Shown: piece after piece, positions 21,363 to 34,742 of the stretch
How positions within the stretch are numbered: position 1 is the first letter of the stretch
Layout: each line of letters begins with the position of its first letter
Assembly: GCA_047495785.1 (NCBI GenBank)
Contig: JBLDXI010000017.1
Coordinates: 2,294,001 to 2,358,000, forward strand
Length of the DNA stretch: 64,000 nucleotides
Reading direction: 5' to 3'
Source of the DNA: Lepidodermella squamata
Taxonomy: Eukaryota; Animalia; Gastrotricha
Notes under the pieces: model-generated
What the model saw: the letters and a program-made list of their open reading frames with translations, nothing else
Database searches by the model: none
What the model was told of the DNA's origin: nothing
Program-made: the position numbers and the translations under genes

Positions 21363-22109
21363 ATGGTTAGCCCCACTAAAATCGTCAAAACTGAAGATTC
21401 CGCCCAGCCTCCTGAATTTCAAGAAGCTCTGGAGAAAATCGACGAAGTCCAGAATGAAATCGAAAAGCTGAATGAGCAGGCATCCGAAGAAATTTTGAAA
21501 ATCGATCAGAAATATGACAAATTGCGCCAGCCTTTCTACAAGAAGCGGAGTGAACATATCGCGAAGATTCCCAAGTTTTGGATGACTACCCTTGTTAATC
21601 ATCCGCAGATCGCGTCCATTATTAGCGAAGAGGATGAAGAGATCTTGAAGCATTTAACTGAAATCGAAATCCAAGACTTGGAGGATGCCAAATCTGGGTT
21701 CAGGATCAACTTTCATTTTGAGTCTAACCCGTTCTTTGAGAACTCTGTGTTGACTCGTGAAGTTCTAGTATCTGAATCTCCTATCAAGCCAGCTGTTTGT
21801 GAAATCAAGTGGAAAGAAGGTAAAGGTCCTAACGCACAACAGAAAGCTACCTCAGGCAGAAAGCGCGCCGGTTTAACCGACTCATTTTTCAATTGGTTCT
21901 CGTGCACGGGAGAGGGTGACGAGGGTGAGGGCATGGTTATCGATGAAATCGGAGAATTGATTAAAGAGGAAATCTACGCCAACCCTCTACAGTATATCGT
22001 TGAACAGGATGGCGATGAAGATGAAGCCGACGAAGAAGGCAGCTTTGGCGAAGACGATGACGATGATGATGACGACGAAGATGGCGAGGGTGAAGGTGAT
22101 GATGAATAA
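21363..22109 (+). CDS. SET: SET/TAF-I nucleosome assembly protein (NAP family)
   Basis: IDEVQNEIEKLNEQASEEILKIDQKYDKLRQPFYKKRSEHIAKIPKFW; IKEEIYANPLQY; acidic tail. Confidence 0.93.
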   Translation: MVSPTKIVKTEDSAQPPEFQEALEKIDEVQNEIEKLNEQASEEILKIDQKYDKLRQPFYKKRSEHIAKIPKFWMTTLVNHPQIASIISEEDEEILKHLTEIEIQDLEDAKSGFRINFHFESNPFFENSVLTREVLVSESPIKPAVCEIKWKEGKGPNAQQKATSGRKRAGLTDSFFNWFSCTGEGDEGEGMVIDEIGELIKEEIYANPLQYIVEQDGDEDEADEEGSFGEDDDDDDDDEDGEGEGDDE

Positions 22110-22260
22110 GCTTTACAGCTATCCGGGTGCCTTTTGTTTCTAGCATTTTCGTGAAGCATTTGCGCTTTCTTTATGTGGATTTGTAATTAACAAGTGACGC
22201 GGAAATAATGGCGCAATTTCAAAATTCTTTATTTGATTTTTCTTTAGACGCGAACTCTCA

Positions 22261-24215
22261 ATGAATTTGTTTATTTTTGTTGTAATTTTGGCGATTATCG
22301 CGCCCTCATCATCAACGATATTTGATCCAGTGAAAGAAGTCCGTGAATTCTCACAAGACAAGGTTTTCACTCGTTCATTCGCGGCATTTGCTCACACTAA
22401 CATCTACGCGAAAGCCCACTGCAAAGTGAACGGCAATGAAAAGCAAAAGATAACGATTAGATGGAGCCTTCACTATATTTATTGCGCCAAGATGGCGTAT
22501 ATGACTGAAAACAGTTTTTTCGATAACCCTTGCGATCCATCGATTCAGTCGGAGTATATCGCAAGTGAAGATATGGTATTCGACTGTACACCTAATGGAA
22601 ATGACTTCGAATTCACGGTTTGATTTTTGATGATCATATTTGCTTTCATTTTGCTTTCATTTTCCAGAGCGAGCGAGATTCTAAGCCGATGAACTACAGA
22701 AGCTGCAGCAATGCGAGTCTTTCAAACTCAGCTCTTCACAGCCATCTCAACCATACTGAGAAAAATGATGCGTTAGTGATGACATGGAACAGCGGTGTTT
22801 ACATCTTTGTTCTGGGCGGCAGCCAGAGCAGCCCAGATAAGAACTGGACGATCTCATTAACTTTTGAAGTTAAATCGCCTAAGGGTGACCATCTCAGTGC
22901 CATTAATTGGCCACTTTTACCGTTTTGGGCCTGCATGTGCGGCATTTACGCTCTGCTCGCCATGGCCTGGCTTGCGTTGTGCGGCTGGTACTGGCGAGAT
23001 CTTCTGCGTCTTCAAATTTGGATTGGCGCTGTTATTTTCTTGGGAATGATCGAATCTGCTGTTTTCCTCGGTGAGGTTGATAACATCAACAAAACTGGCG
23101 TTCAAAGTGAGTATCTGATCCTCGGACTTTGTTACAAGTACATTCTATTTCGCTCCAGGTGTTCAAACCAATATTGGCGGTGAAATCGTTTCAGCATTCA
23201 AGCGAACGATCGCTCGCATGCTGGTGATCATTGTTTCCCTTGGCTATGGTATAGTCAAGCCACAATTGGGCCCAGCTCTACCTCGAGTCGTCATTTTCGG
23301 AGTCAGCTTCTTTGTAGCTGCTTCTGTTTACGGTGTCATCAATGTACTCAATGTAAGTTTTTCATTTTATAATGAAAAATTCGTTGAAATCGGCACGTTT
23401 TTCAGCTGCAATTCGAGAAAGTGATTCTCTACGCTAGCATTCCTGTTTCAATCGTAGACGCGATCGCAGCCTGGTGGGTATGTATTTGCTGGGCTTTCTT
23501 AGAATTGGCGAGGAGTTCATTCCGATTTATCACAACAGATTTTCTCGAGCTTGGTCGAAACCACAAGGCTGCTTCGAATCCGTCGGAATGTTGTGAAACT
23601 AGCGCTATATAAGCATTTTATCAACACATTGGCGCTTTGCCTTCTAGGTTCGTTTCAGATTTGCCCGGAGGCATTAGTTTTATCCTTGAATTTCAGCTGC
23701 TGTTGCCTTCATGGTCTGGTCCATCCGCCTTAAAATTTTCGACGAGTGTCCCGAGTGGTCTTGGTGGTGGTTAGAGGAAGCATACTGGCCTATGCTCTTC
23801 ACCATCATTCTCATAGTTATTTGCATCCTTTGGCGACCGAGCCAGAACAATCAAAGATACGCTTTCTCCCCACTGCGTGATTGCGATAATGACGACGAAG
23901 AAGACAATCTGGTTGTTACTGAACTATACGGTAGAGTTTAACCGACCATAAAATACTTTACTCTTTACTATATTGTTTCTTACATCAGATCATGTTAAAA
24001 CAAGACCGGTGGAACGTCAAAAGCTTCTTGGACAACAGGAAGATGCCGAAGACGATTTAAAATGGGTCGAAGAAAACATTCCATCATCCTTGCCAGATGC
24101 GTAAGTATAGCTTGAAAATATGAGATGGCATTTTTGAAACTTGGAATTTATTAGGCTCATTGACAACGACGACGAGCGTCGGGCTGCTAAGTTCGAGCTT
24201 TCGAAAATGCAGTGA
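22261..24215 (+). CDS. TMEM87: TMEM87 (GOST family 7TM), multi-exon
   Basis: Signal peptide; HLSAINWPLLPF, YWRDLLRLQIWIGAVIFLGMIE, IVSLGYGIVKP, LWRPSQNNQRYAFSPL, EDDLKWVEENIP; ends FELSKMQ*. Confidence 0.9.
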
Positions 24216-27200
24216 TCTAGATTCACAACTGCCTTCTAGTGTCTTGGGTCGAAATCTTATATGATGTGATTTGATAGAAAAATGAACACTTGAAAACGTT
24301 ATGTTATGCTAACTTTCACCGGCATTGGTATTCAATGAGATAACCTCGCGTTTTTTGTTTCTGCCGTGAATGATTGACGGAATACTAATGTCATTGATAA
24401 TACAATAACACAAACTGCTGCGTGTGCCTATCTCAAGAATCTGACTGTTTTTGTGACACATTCAGTTGACCCTCGTTTTTGGTGTTTTGTTACGACAAAT
24501 TTGGTGATATTGTGCGACTTGCGTGTGTAAAAAGGCGTGTTATAAAATATTATATGGTATGAAATAACCTGCTTCATGGCTTTGTGCACTAATGGAGGTG
24601 GAAACCATGATTCCAACGTTTATATTCAGAAATTATCTCTTGTTATTTTCCAGCTTGCTCTTTCGGACTAAGTTGTTTTGGCTGTCACTCTTCATGCCGA
24701 ATTCATTATGCAAACCTATCGGTAAAACGCCCTGCCCTGAATGCTCGCTTTTGCAGCATTCAAGACGCATTTTCTTAGTTACGAGTGGACCTAGTTTCAT
24801 TCGGCTTCTAACCTAGCGGTTAAATATGCTTGGAAAATACTATCATTATTAAATTATTATATTCATATGAAAATGTTGAACTCTATTTGTTTCGAAAGAA
24901 ATCAGAAATCTGGCGATCTGCAAAATAAAAGAACACATGGTCGCTTATAGTCCTTTGAAATGCTTTCGTTACTTCTAGTTTTGTTACTCGGCATTCAGAA
25001 TTGAAGTTTTCGACTCGCGTGCGAGAAGCGAATGAAGAGATATGTCGGAGTTAATCCGAATCAAAAGAACTATTTTTTTAGATTGAATTCTGATTAGCTG
25101 ATAATCAGATATATACTGACTGTAATGACGACTATAAATTGGCTCCAGCTGATTAAATATTTTTGACCTGAGTGACCATCATTCATAATTAGGTAGAAAG
25201 AAGATCCACCAGATTAATTTAGGCGTGTAATACGAGGCTTGATGATTCAGGGTGATGTATCATGTAACATGTATCGAGGATCTTACCTATGTTGCTGATA
25301 GGGAAGCAGCACGTTCAGCAATAACGCTCACGTTTAGAATAGTTTGCTGCTATCCTAACCTGGGTTATGCAAAATCTAGGCCTAGAAAATGACAATAGAC
25401 TAGAGGCTTCTACTCGCGACTAGGCTCCTACTTGAGGTAGGGCTTTGCAACGAGGGCTTCATTTTGATTGATCGCCACATCTCTTAGTTTTAATAAGGCC
25501 GAATTCTAGTTACCTAATTAGACTATTGACTGTGCTTCTAAAGAACAATATGGCTCGCTTTTCCGTCTAACTTCGCCCTAATCGTCAAATATGGTTATTG
25601 TTAGAGTCGATCAGCTATAAATTCCCGCCTTCAAAGCATATTTTCAATAGGCATATGAATTGGTAGTACGTCTTCCCTCTACTACGAAATGGCTACGAAA
25701 CGAGGTAGTTTACTATTTCAGTTAGAAGTCCATTTTCTTAGCAGCCCTAATGGCTATCAGCTTTCTTTTGGTATCGTTCGACTCCGCTTTCTTTTATCTT
25801 AAAATCAGCATCAAAATTTGACAACGTCAAATATATTGCCAAACCTCAATTTTTACCTGTCATTTGTCATTTGATTTCCAACAGTTGTCGTTCCTATTCG
25901 AGATTTCCAATAATTATTTCAGACTCATATTATTACATTCTACGAGCAGGATTCATTCCTTGTTTTTGAAAATCCCGTTTTTACCCCGCCTCGTTCAATT
26001 ACCACGCTGCCAATTTCCCTTCGCACTTTATGCACTTTGTAATCAATATCTATTCATTATTGCACGGAAATACCTCGAGCAAGTGGCAAGCGGAGAGAAT
26101 GCGGTCTCAGAATGAATGAATTTGCAATACGCACAGCCGTCAGCGATATGCGGGGTGGGAAAAGGTTCGCAAATCAGCGAAACAACACCCAGATCGGCTA
26201 ATTTTGCATGTTTATGTTTGTCACAAGACTGCGGCGGCGATTTTGCCGTCGAGAGCGCCAAGCCTCTCGGTCTATTCACGACAAGTATATTGCTAAAAAC
26301 AGTATCGCACGTCGGCGTTTAGAGCCGCGCTCTGAGCCAAGCTCTGACCACTCTGCACGTCCGCGGTCGGCGCGCAGCTCCGTGATGAAAAATGGGCGGA
26401 ATTCTAACGCGCATGTGCGTAATGGAGAGTGAAATGTACGATTCATTAGTCATCGCAGTGCTATAATAAAATGATGATTTTGAAAAATCGTAGGTCGATA
26501 TTCACGCGAGGGCGACGCGGCAGTCATTCGCCGCTATGATACTATAGTATACAGCAGTACCTAATAGCAAAAATTCAATCGGTACATTTATGAATACAAA
26601 TAGCCATATGATTAGCGTCTGTGGACAACTCAGAATCGAATATCGTCAACTTGATAGAGTCATCGGAATTACGCGCGCTACTCATCGCCGCCATACCCCG
26701 CTTCCTCCCGAAAAGACAGTGACCCTGGGATGCGGCTTATTAATATATTTTTTCCGTCTTGCTGCTGCTGCTGCTAATGTAATACTACAATGATATCATC
26801 GTGTTTTTATTAAAGCCTACCGCGCATTTGGCCTACTCCTGATTTTCGATTTTTTGTTGAAGTTGAGATATAATAAGAGAGGCAGCGATTTGTTTTTTTT
26901 CAAAGAGGAAAAAAAGTTGCCTACTCACACAATCTAGGCGCATCTTATCATACTGCCACTGTATACTACACGTGCTTGTAGAGCGAAAACACGCTGAGAA
27001 ACTTGACACTAGGATATATTCGCGCGTGGCTACTCATCGTTGCCGCTGCAATTTCCTGACATAATTGGCTGGAGAAAAACCGCTCTTCGTCATCACCTTC
27101 GTCAAAATCGAAAAATTCCTTCTGCGCGAGAGAAAATAGTTTCTTATATACGCTTTAATACTGCATTTAAAAGTTGTAGCTTTATAGCTTGCTTTTCATA

Positions 27201-28590
27201 ATAATTCGATTGAAATCAAATTATCATCCTACACGATTTTGACCACTTCGATTGATCACGGCGCCCGTTTCATCTCAGAAAACAATTTATAGCATTGAGT
27301 ATCGCCGCGTCAATTTTATTTCTTTGACGCGTCTGCTTCCAGTCATTTCCCGGGCGTCCTGATAATGCAGTCGAGTGCGTAATTCATAGCACAGCGTGAA
27401 CGACTGAGTCGATTTGGCGGCGCCAGTGCTTGTCACAAAAAAGTGATCATTTAGCGCGCTTAGTCGTTTTAGATGAGCGCGCAGTGGTAGGTGAAATAAT
27501 GCATCAAAAATCATAGCATGTCGTATCGATTTATTACCAACATGGACAAATGCTTTCGCGAAATGGCAAAATGAGTGAGAGTGTGCATTCCGTGACGCCT
27601 ACTCGCGCCGCAAGTTGGACAATTCAAATTTTTCCACGCACTCAACATTTTGGTCTTTCTATTGGCGGAAATTTCAGGTGGGCCTGAGCGTAATTTTTTA
27701 CTAGTGATTAGATCGGGCGATAATTATTATAGCGACGGCGGTATAAGTCTCTTTATACCTGCCAATCTGTTCAGATCCTGAGACTTTCTTATCACAACGC
27801 TACCTCCAGCGGCTCTAATGCACTTACGTGTACCCTGAACTATAATAATATAGCTTTATGCTAGATCCACTTGCCGCCACATGTCTGGCACTTATCGATG
27901 AAAAGCAAGTGCTTGAAATCGAAATTTCGGCGAGACGAGAGTGGGCTCATTACTTTTCTCAGTTTTTTTTATCGAAAACATTATTACCTCATGTTTTTTA
28001 TCGCCTTTCCTGTCGCAAAATCGAAGATTTATTACACGGCATACTAGATATGAGAGTAGAGGCGGCGATAGCGCAAAAAGTATGTATTCTTGGGAAAATG
28101 GATAAGTTGCGCGCAGATTTGAAAAAAAAACAAGTATAGAGCTTTGTTGACTCTAAATGTGTTCGATATTTTGTCTACTCTCAGCATATTATGTGTATTG
28201 CGTAGGATGGTCGGCGTAGAGCAATATCACACGTTTATACCTGGGCGAAATAATCACACGCGCGCACGCGCTTCGCATCATAAAACAGGTTTTTATTTAT
28301 GGCGCGGGTGGTGGAAAATCAATCTAAATTCAAAATGTAACTCTGAATAAGCTATTTTCATTATCACAGCGCGAACTTTCCTTATCTACATATGTTTTTA
28401 GGAAAGTTCATTTCTTTTTATTATTTTTTATAGGAAATTTAGACTTATTAATATATCAACAGTTGTCACCTTGCCTATATGTTATAGACGCGGTGAGGTG
28501 GCAATTTCAATTATTAGCGTTCTCAATTTAGCTCGAGTAATGCAGATGTAACCGTGGTCGGTTGTCTGGATTCTTCTCTTGACAAATAGA

Positions 28591-29974
28591 ATGCCGCGAA
28601 AGTCAACGTCAATCTTGCTGTGTTTCCCAACATCTTCGTCGACGCCGTCGCTGGCCGGCGCGGCTGGCGTTACATCCAAGTCGCGCTTTCCCTTCAAATC
28701 AAACTCAGCCGTCGGCTCGTCGCTACTATCAGTGGTGTACTTCTTCTTTCTACTATTCTCAAATTTCGCCCTTCTCTGCGTTGGGTCACTCTTCCTATCT
28801 TGGCTGGAAATGCCAGCCGAAGATGACCTGCGCAAATTTATGGCGAAAGAACGGTCCCGCTTTATCGAGGTGTTCCTCGGCAATAGGTCAGATCGGGCCC
28901 GGGAGCTCGACAAACTTCTGGGCCTAGTCCAAGACTCGGCGCAGAAGGGCATTGTAACTAACTTCCCTGATGGCAATCTTCACCACAACTCCGTCTGGTC
29001 GTTCGGAAGCGCATTCCTTTTCCTGACGACCATTGCTACTACAGTCGGTTAGTTGTAACATTTTAAGGCGGATTTTTCTGTAATTTTTGCTTAATTCCTT
29101 AGGTTACGGACATGCCGCACCCCAAACCACAATGGGTAAGGCGTTTTCGATGATTTACGGGACGATCGCGATCCCGCTATTGCTCGCCTTTTTCGGCGAG
29201 TTGATTCGAAAATTGGTGGCCCTGCTGAACTGGATCTTCATGCACTCGGTTGGACGGCGGTGCCGATCAGCGAGCAGCAGCGATGGTTCGTCCAGCAGCA
29301 GCAGGGGCAAAACTGATGTTCGCGTTAAAATCGTATTCGTGCTGTTCGTATCACTCGTGCTCATCTTTTCGACCGTCTTCATACCCGCGTTCGCATTTAC
29401 CGCCCTTGAGCCGCGCTGGGGCTTCCTCGACGGCCTCTACTACACGTTCATCTCGATGACAACCGTCGGTCTCGGCGACGTGGTGCCTGGCGAGGGTCCC
29501 GAGTGGAGCCTCGACCCCGAAGCGAAGGAGCTATACCACATCAGTGTTGCGTTTTACCTGCTAATAGCGCTACCCCTGTTCTTCCTAGCCATTAAACTTA
29601 TCAGCAGTTTAGTCTCTACCGCTGAAATGTCATTCCGCCTGCCGTTCTGCGGCGACGATGACGTTGAAACCACAGATGCGAGCCGGGCTAGCCGGCCGAA
29701 GCCGCGCATCAAGGTATCTAAGAACGGTGATGATTACGATGATGACGATGATAGCGATGATGACGACGAATACGACGCGTCTTCTGGACTGATCGGCCGA
29801 GCTAAAAAAGTGCGCGCCGACTCGGATACGCAGATAACATCGGACGGCGAAGAGTCGCAACATTCGGCAGCCGAAGAGACCAATAAGCCACAAGCCATTC
29901 CAGCCGGCGAGGTCAGCGGGTCGTTCACTCACCTGTACCCGCAGCCCGATAGCAAGAAAACAACAAGGAAATAA
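28591..29974 (+). CDS. Two-pore-domain K+ channel, TWIK/KCNK1-like, 2 exons
   Basis: P1 WSFGSAFLFLTTIATTVGYGHAAP; P2 FLDGLYYTFISMTTVGLGDVVPG (GLG as in TWIK); acidic C-tail. Confidence 0.88.
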
Positions 29975-30976
29975 TTTCACTTCACATTTTTTTGTAAATC
30001 CCTGGTCGACCGATAGTAGCAGCTTATCACCATTTCTTATAGAGCCATGAGCGAAATTTCAAAATTCTAACTTCGTAGCATGACAATTTGTATGATAGTA
30101 TAACTTCTTCAATTCGATTTTTTTACAAATTAATATAATCTTTTTATCATTGTTGGATTTCAAGTGCTGTGATCGTTGTTTTTTATATATTTATTTTAAA
30201 GTATGTAACTTAAGATTTTTGCTGATTATTATTATATTTTTGGCTGTTGCAAACAGTCATTGTCTCTGTCGGTCGATAGTTTTTCAATTTGTTTTGTGCA
30301 TATGAAATTTTAATCACGACATTTGTTTTAGTAATTCATGACGCACCAAGCCACCCACTTAGCCTGTTCCTATTCCTAATCCTGATGTTGTGCTCGATTG
30401 ACAGGGGACTTATCTTCACCCGCCTATTATTTCTGAACATCGACAGCTCTGCGCTTTTGTTTTATATCGGTCATATTTTTTTTTCTAAAAACGGCTCGTT
30501 TTTTCCGAATGATTCACCACAAAGAGTCATTCAAAATTGGGAATAAAATCGATTTTAAATTCAGAGAAATAGATTTAATATGCACCCTGTAAAGTGCTAG
30601 ATTAACGTGCCTTGCACGTCAAAACTGATTCCCTGAATACAATGACCAGACATATCGCTAGAGGAAGCCTCTTATGGGTAACACTATCTTTTTCTTGAAT
30701 CTTTTGACATAAATATAAAAATCTTTGGTTCAAAGTGCTGAATGTGATCTGAATATCCTAAAACTGTTGTTAGAGCGGGTAATACGCCAGAAAATCTGTC
30801 GGCCAATCATCTGAATGAAGCTTATTTTATTGTGTTTGAAACAAACGATCGTCTGCGCGGCCTATAAACTGGTTAAAAATCGGAAATTACGACGAACGTA
30901 TAGTCAATATTAACGAATAACACACTGATCTTTTTTGAAATAAATCGCATGTGAATTATGAGCGAAATTTTTTATT

Positions 30977-32510
30977 TTAAAACTGAGTTTTCCCCACTTT
31001 ACACCGGCCCTGTGTTGTCCACCAATCGTCGATGTCGCTGTACCATTTCGGCTCAACCGGAGTAGCCCGGTTCAACACCTCACACAGATCACAGAAATGT
31101 TTCGTGAAAGTAAAGTTGTCAGCCAAATGCTCGATGTCGTAGTGAGGTTTCCACCAGAAATATGAATTGTACAGCGAGACGTCATCAGCGACTGTCGTTA
31201 AAAACGCGGCTAGTTCACGAGGCGACGCGAAGTCGTTTGCGTCAATGTAGGAGTGTGGGGGAGCGAAAAGCGACATGTTTGCGCCATTCATGACGACTGG
31301 GATCAAGTCCATTTTAGCGGCACGATAAAATTTTTCAGTGACGTAGTCGCGGCATAGCGAATTTTCGAAGGCGAGGTAGAATTTGTATTTCGACGAAATG
31401 TGATCCACGCATTCGGGTCGCGTACCTGTGTATGTATCAAGCCGCTGACATACGCCAGCCGTCAGATTCGGCTGGTTGTTGTTGCACCAGCCTATGATGT
31501 CGATTTCAATGTATTTTCTCATCTCTTGTATGTACAATTCTCGGTGAGCTATCGTGTCGCAATGAGAAACCATCTTAAGGGGGAATTATTATTAGCAATT
31601 AAAGTGTAATGATTTTCATACCCATATGACCATTCCAGTTTTCGAGGCAAGACGGTCTACTACGGTCCTAGAGTAATCAGGAGTTGGCAGTGGAATGTAA
31701 CGACCGTAGTGATATCGAATGTCCGAGTCAAGTCTAATTTTTTTGGAAAAATATCAACAAATTAGCGAATAACTCTCAATGCTCTAACCTGTAAGTCATT
31801 GTCAAGTTGAAAAAATTGTTGAAAGTCTTCAAGAAACGAGCTGAAGCGGAGTTGGAATGCCAGTCTCCACCTAAACAGTCAGAACATGAAAGATAAAGCC
31901 AAGTAAAACATAATTGACCAACTGTAGGTATGATCGGGTGATTCCCATAACACGAAAACCCATAGTTGCTGAGGCGTCCTTTGACCAGGTAAGGGGAGGT
32001 CCCTACGTTAACAAACAAAGTCATCGAGAGATAGTTTAAGCTGGACTGGTTTACAAACACATAATTGTAGTTTCGAATGTGCACCAAAACTGCATCCACG
32101 TTAGGCAACAGTGATCGATCATTGGTCACCATACAGTTAGTAACCGGACACTTCAAGTTGATAAAAGGCTGCTGACCAGTGGCGTGAAGGTGCCAATCCG
32201 TAGTTTCGTAATACATGGTCCATAGCAGTATCTTCTTTAAATCTTGGGTATTGTTTGCAGGTGATTCACGCTGGCTCGATGTTATGCTGGGTTTCAGGCT
32301 AATCTGTTCTAGCTTATCTCTGAAAGCATTATGGTGCTTCGGGAAAATCGGATAATTCGGCAGTTCAGGATCAACTTGTGGGATGAACAACCGATAAGCT
32401 TTGTTCGAATCGTAAACCCAAGGTAACGCAATGAAAAGAACGTAGAATGATGAGGCTGAGATAAGGCATAACAACAAGTTCCTCAGACGCCGCTGCAGGT
32501 TTGCCGTCAT
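30977..32510 (-). CDS. Alpha-1,3-fucosyltransferase (GT10), copy A, multi-exon
   Basis: Type II TM; ILLWT..CPVTNCMVTNDRS; FNLTMTYR/LDSDI; YKFYLAFENSLCRDYVTEKFY; PPHSYID; YNSYFWW. Confidence 0.9.
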
Positions 32511-32966
32511 CCTTTCCCGCGATTTGAAGTTACGTTCAGTGCATGCTTACTTAAGCTTGCTGCCGAAATATTTGCTGGGTGGTTCCGAGCCGATAATCCA
32601 ATAAAATAGCGCCACATCTCTGATTTCGAGCAAACATGCCACGAACCATTTTAATTAGAAACACCGGTTTACGCAAACGAATCGATACTTGGACTCACTT
32701 GGATCTTGACTTGATAATCTAGACGCTTAAGTGGGCGAGAAACTCTCTGGAAATTTCCAATTTTATTACATTTTTTGGCATAAATCTAGCCGTCAATATC
32801 ACAGTCATGAACAAAATTATGAAATATTGGCCGTCGATTCAACATTTCTCAACATTTCTTTCAAGCAGCGTCCATCATTGTAAAATTGTAAATACCTCGC
32901 ACGAGGATGAGGTTATAAAAATTGTCTGAAACGCAATAATTCGAAGTTCAACAAAACCTCGTGAAA

Positions 32967-34742
32967 CTAGAATGTTTTCTTTCCCTCATAGCATCGTCCA
33001 TCGTCGGTCCACCATTTGTCCATATTTTCGTATGAATGGGGCGGGAAAATTGTAGAAGCATAATGAGCACGAGCGCAAAGTGCGCAAAAATGTTTGACGA
33101 ATTTTCCGAATGCCCATAAATGTTCGACATCGTAAAAAGGTTTCCACCAAAAATACGAATTGTATAAAGCTGGATCCGATCCAACCTAAAAATTACATTT
33201 TCAAAGCTATACACATCACACATCGCTTGATTTCCTAACCTTTTTGAGATAAGCGGCCAAGTCTTTGGGCGATTTGAAATCGCTGGCGTCAATGTAGGAA
33301 TGCGGTGGTGCAAATAGTGACATGTCGGCGCCATTTAGCACTACTGGAATCACGTCCAGCATAGCGGCTCTGTAAAATTTCTCCGTCACGTAATCTCGGC
33401 AAAGCGAATTTTCGAATGACAGGTAATATTTGTAATTTGCCGATATAAATTCCAGGCACTCGTCTTTACTGCCGCTGTAATGGTCCTTCCGCGCGCATAC
33501 GCCATTCGTCATTCCCGGCAAACTTGTTCCGCAGCCACCGATGGTGTCAATAGTAAGGTATTTTGAAAGCTCGCGAACGTAGTCTTCACGATGGCTGGAC
33601 GTATCGCAATGGCTCGTCATCCAAACAGCATCTTTCGTTTTATTCTGCAAACGATCGAACCCAACACGAGTGAAATCGGCCTCAGCTAAAGGGATAAACC
33701 GGCCATAATGGAAGGGCACTTCAGAGTCCAATCTGAGAATTTGTATCGTATATACTCAATCTTAGGTGATCAAAATGCACGAGACAATACCTGTAGGTCA
33801 TCGTCCAATTAAAAAAATTGCTGAAGTCTTTAAGAGCTCGATAGGCCTTGTGACTATATTGCCAAACCCAGCCTAGATTCAAGTCGCAACATTGAGGAGG
33901 TTACGCTGCCCGGAAATAAAAACTCACTGTAAGTGTGGTCCGGAGTTTCCCAAAGTACAAATGTCCATAACTGGTTGGGTTTTCGCTGTGCAGGAGTAGG
34001 TCTATCCCTATCAACAAAAATTAGTTAGATTCTACGTAAGATCAAAAGGGATGGCTAACTTATAGTCGAAATCATCTCGAAAATTTATCAGCACAACATC
34101 GGCTGTATCTAAATATTTGCGATCAGCCGTGACCATGCAGTTGGAAATGGGGCATTTTAGATTCTCGAAAGGCTCACGGCCCATGCTTCCAAGCCGCCAA
34201 GTTTCATGCGCAAATAATTTTGTCCAAAATAAAATAGTTTTCGTTTGCTTAGGATCACTATTCGATGGCGGAGGTTCCAGGATAGGTTGAGGGTTCGGAA
34301 AAATTGGATAGCTAGGCAAGACCAATTTTGCGTCCGAAAGGACGGCTGGTTGATTAGCCCATTTGACCGGCAATTTCGATGTAGAATAAACTTTGGAAGA
34401 TTGAGTTGTTACGTATGGTACGAATGGTGTCGATTCATAGAAATTCACGATGGAAGCCGGAACAAAATGCTGCGGGTTTTCCGCCATGGTGAATTCGGCA
34501 TTAACGCCGGGTGATGATGCGTAAAATGGCGCCATCACGAATATTAAGCTGAAAAGGCTCATTGAGAACAGCACAAAAACAGCGCACTGTCTGCGCCTAT
34601 GATCGATTTTACCACCGCCGCCGCTGCTGAAAACCCCAATTGCGGTGTTGGCAAGCCGCTTCAACAAACTTCTTCCGCCTGGTGATGGTCTATTTACTAC
34701 TTCTGCCTCGTTCAGCAATAAGGCATTGTCGTCCGAAGACAT
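32967..34742 (-). CDS. Alpha-1,3-fucosyltransferase (GT10), copy B, multi-exon
   Basis: TM then ILFWT..CPISNCMVTADR; YKYYLSFENSLCRDYVTEKFY; last exon VGSDPALYNSYFWWKPFY...WWTDDGRCYEGKKTF*. Confidence 0.9.

Noticed and set aside
24400-28500. Short ORFs in the long region upstream of the K2P channel
   Set aside because: No coherent exon chain or known motif; probably regulatory or UTR-intron sequence.
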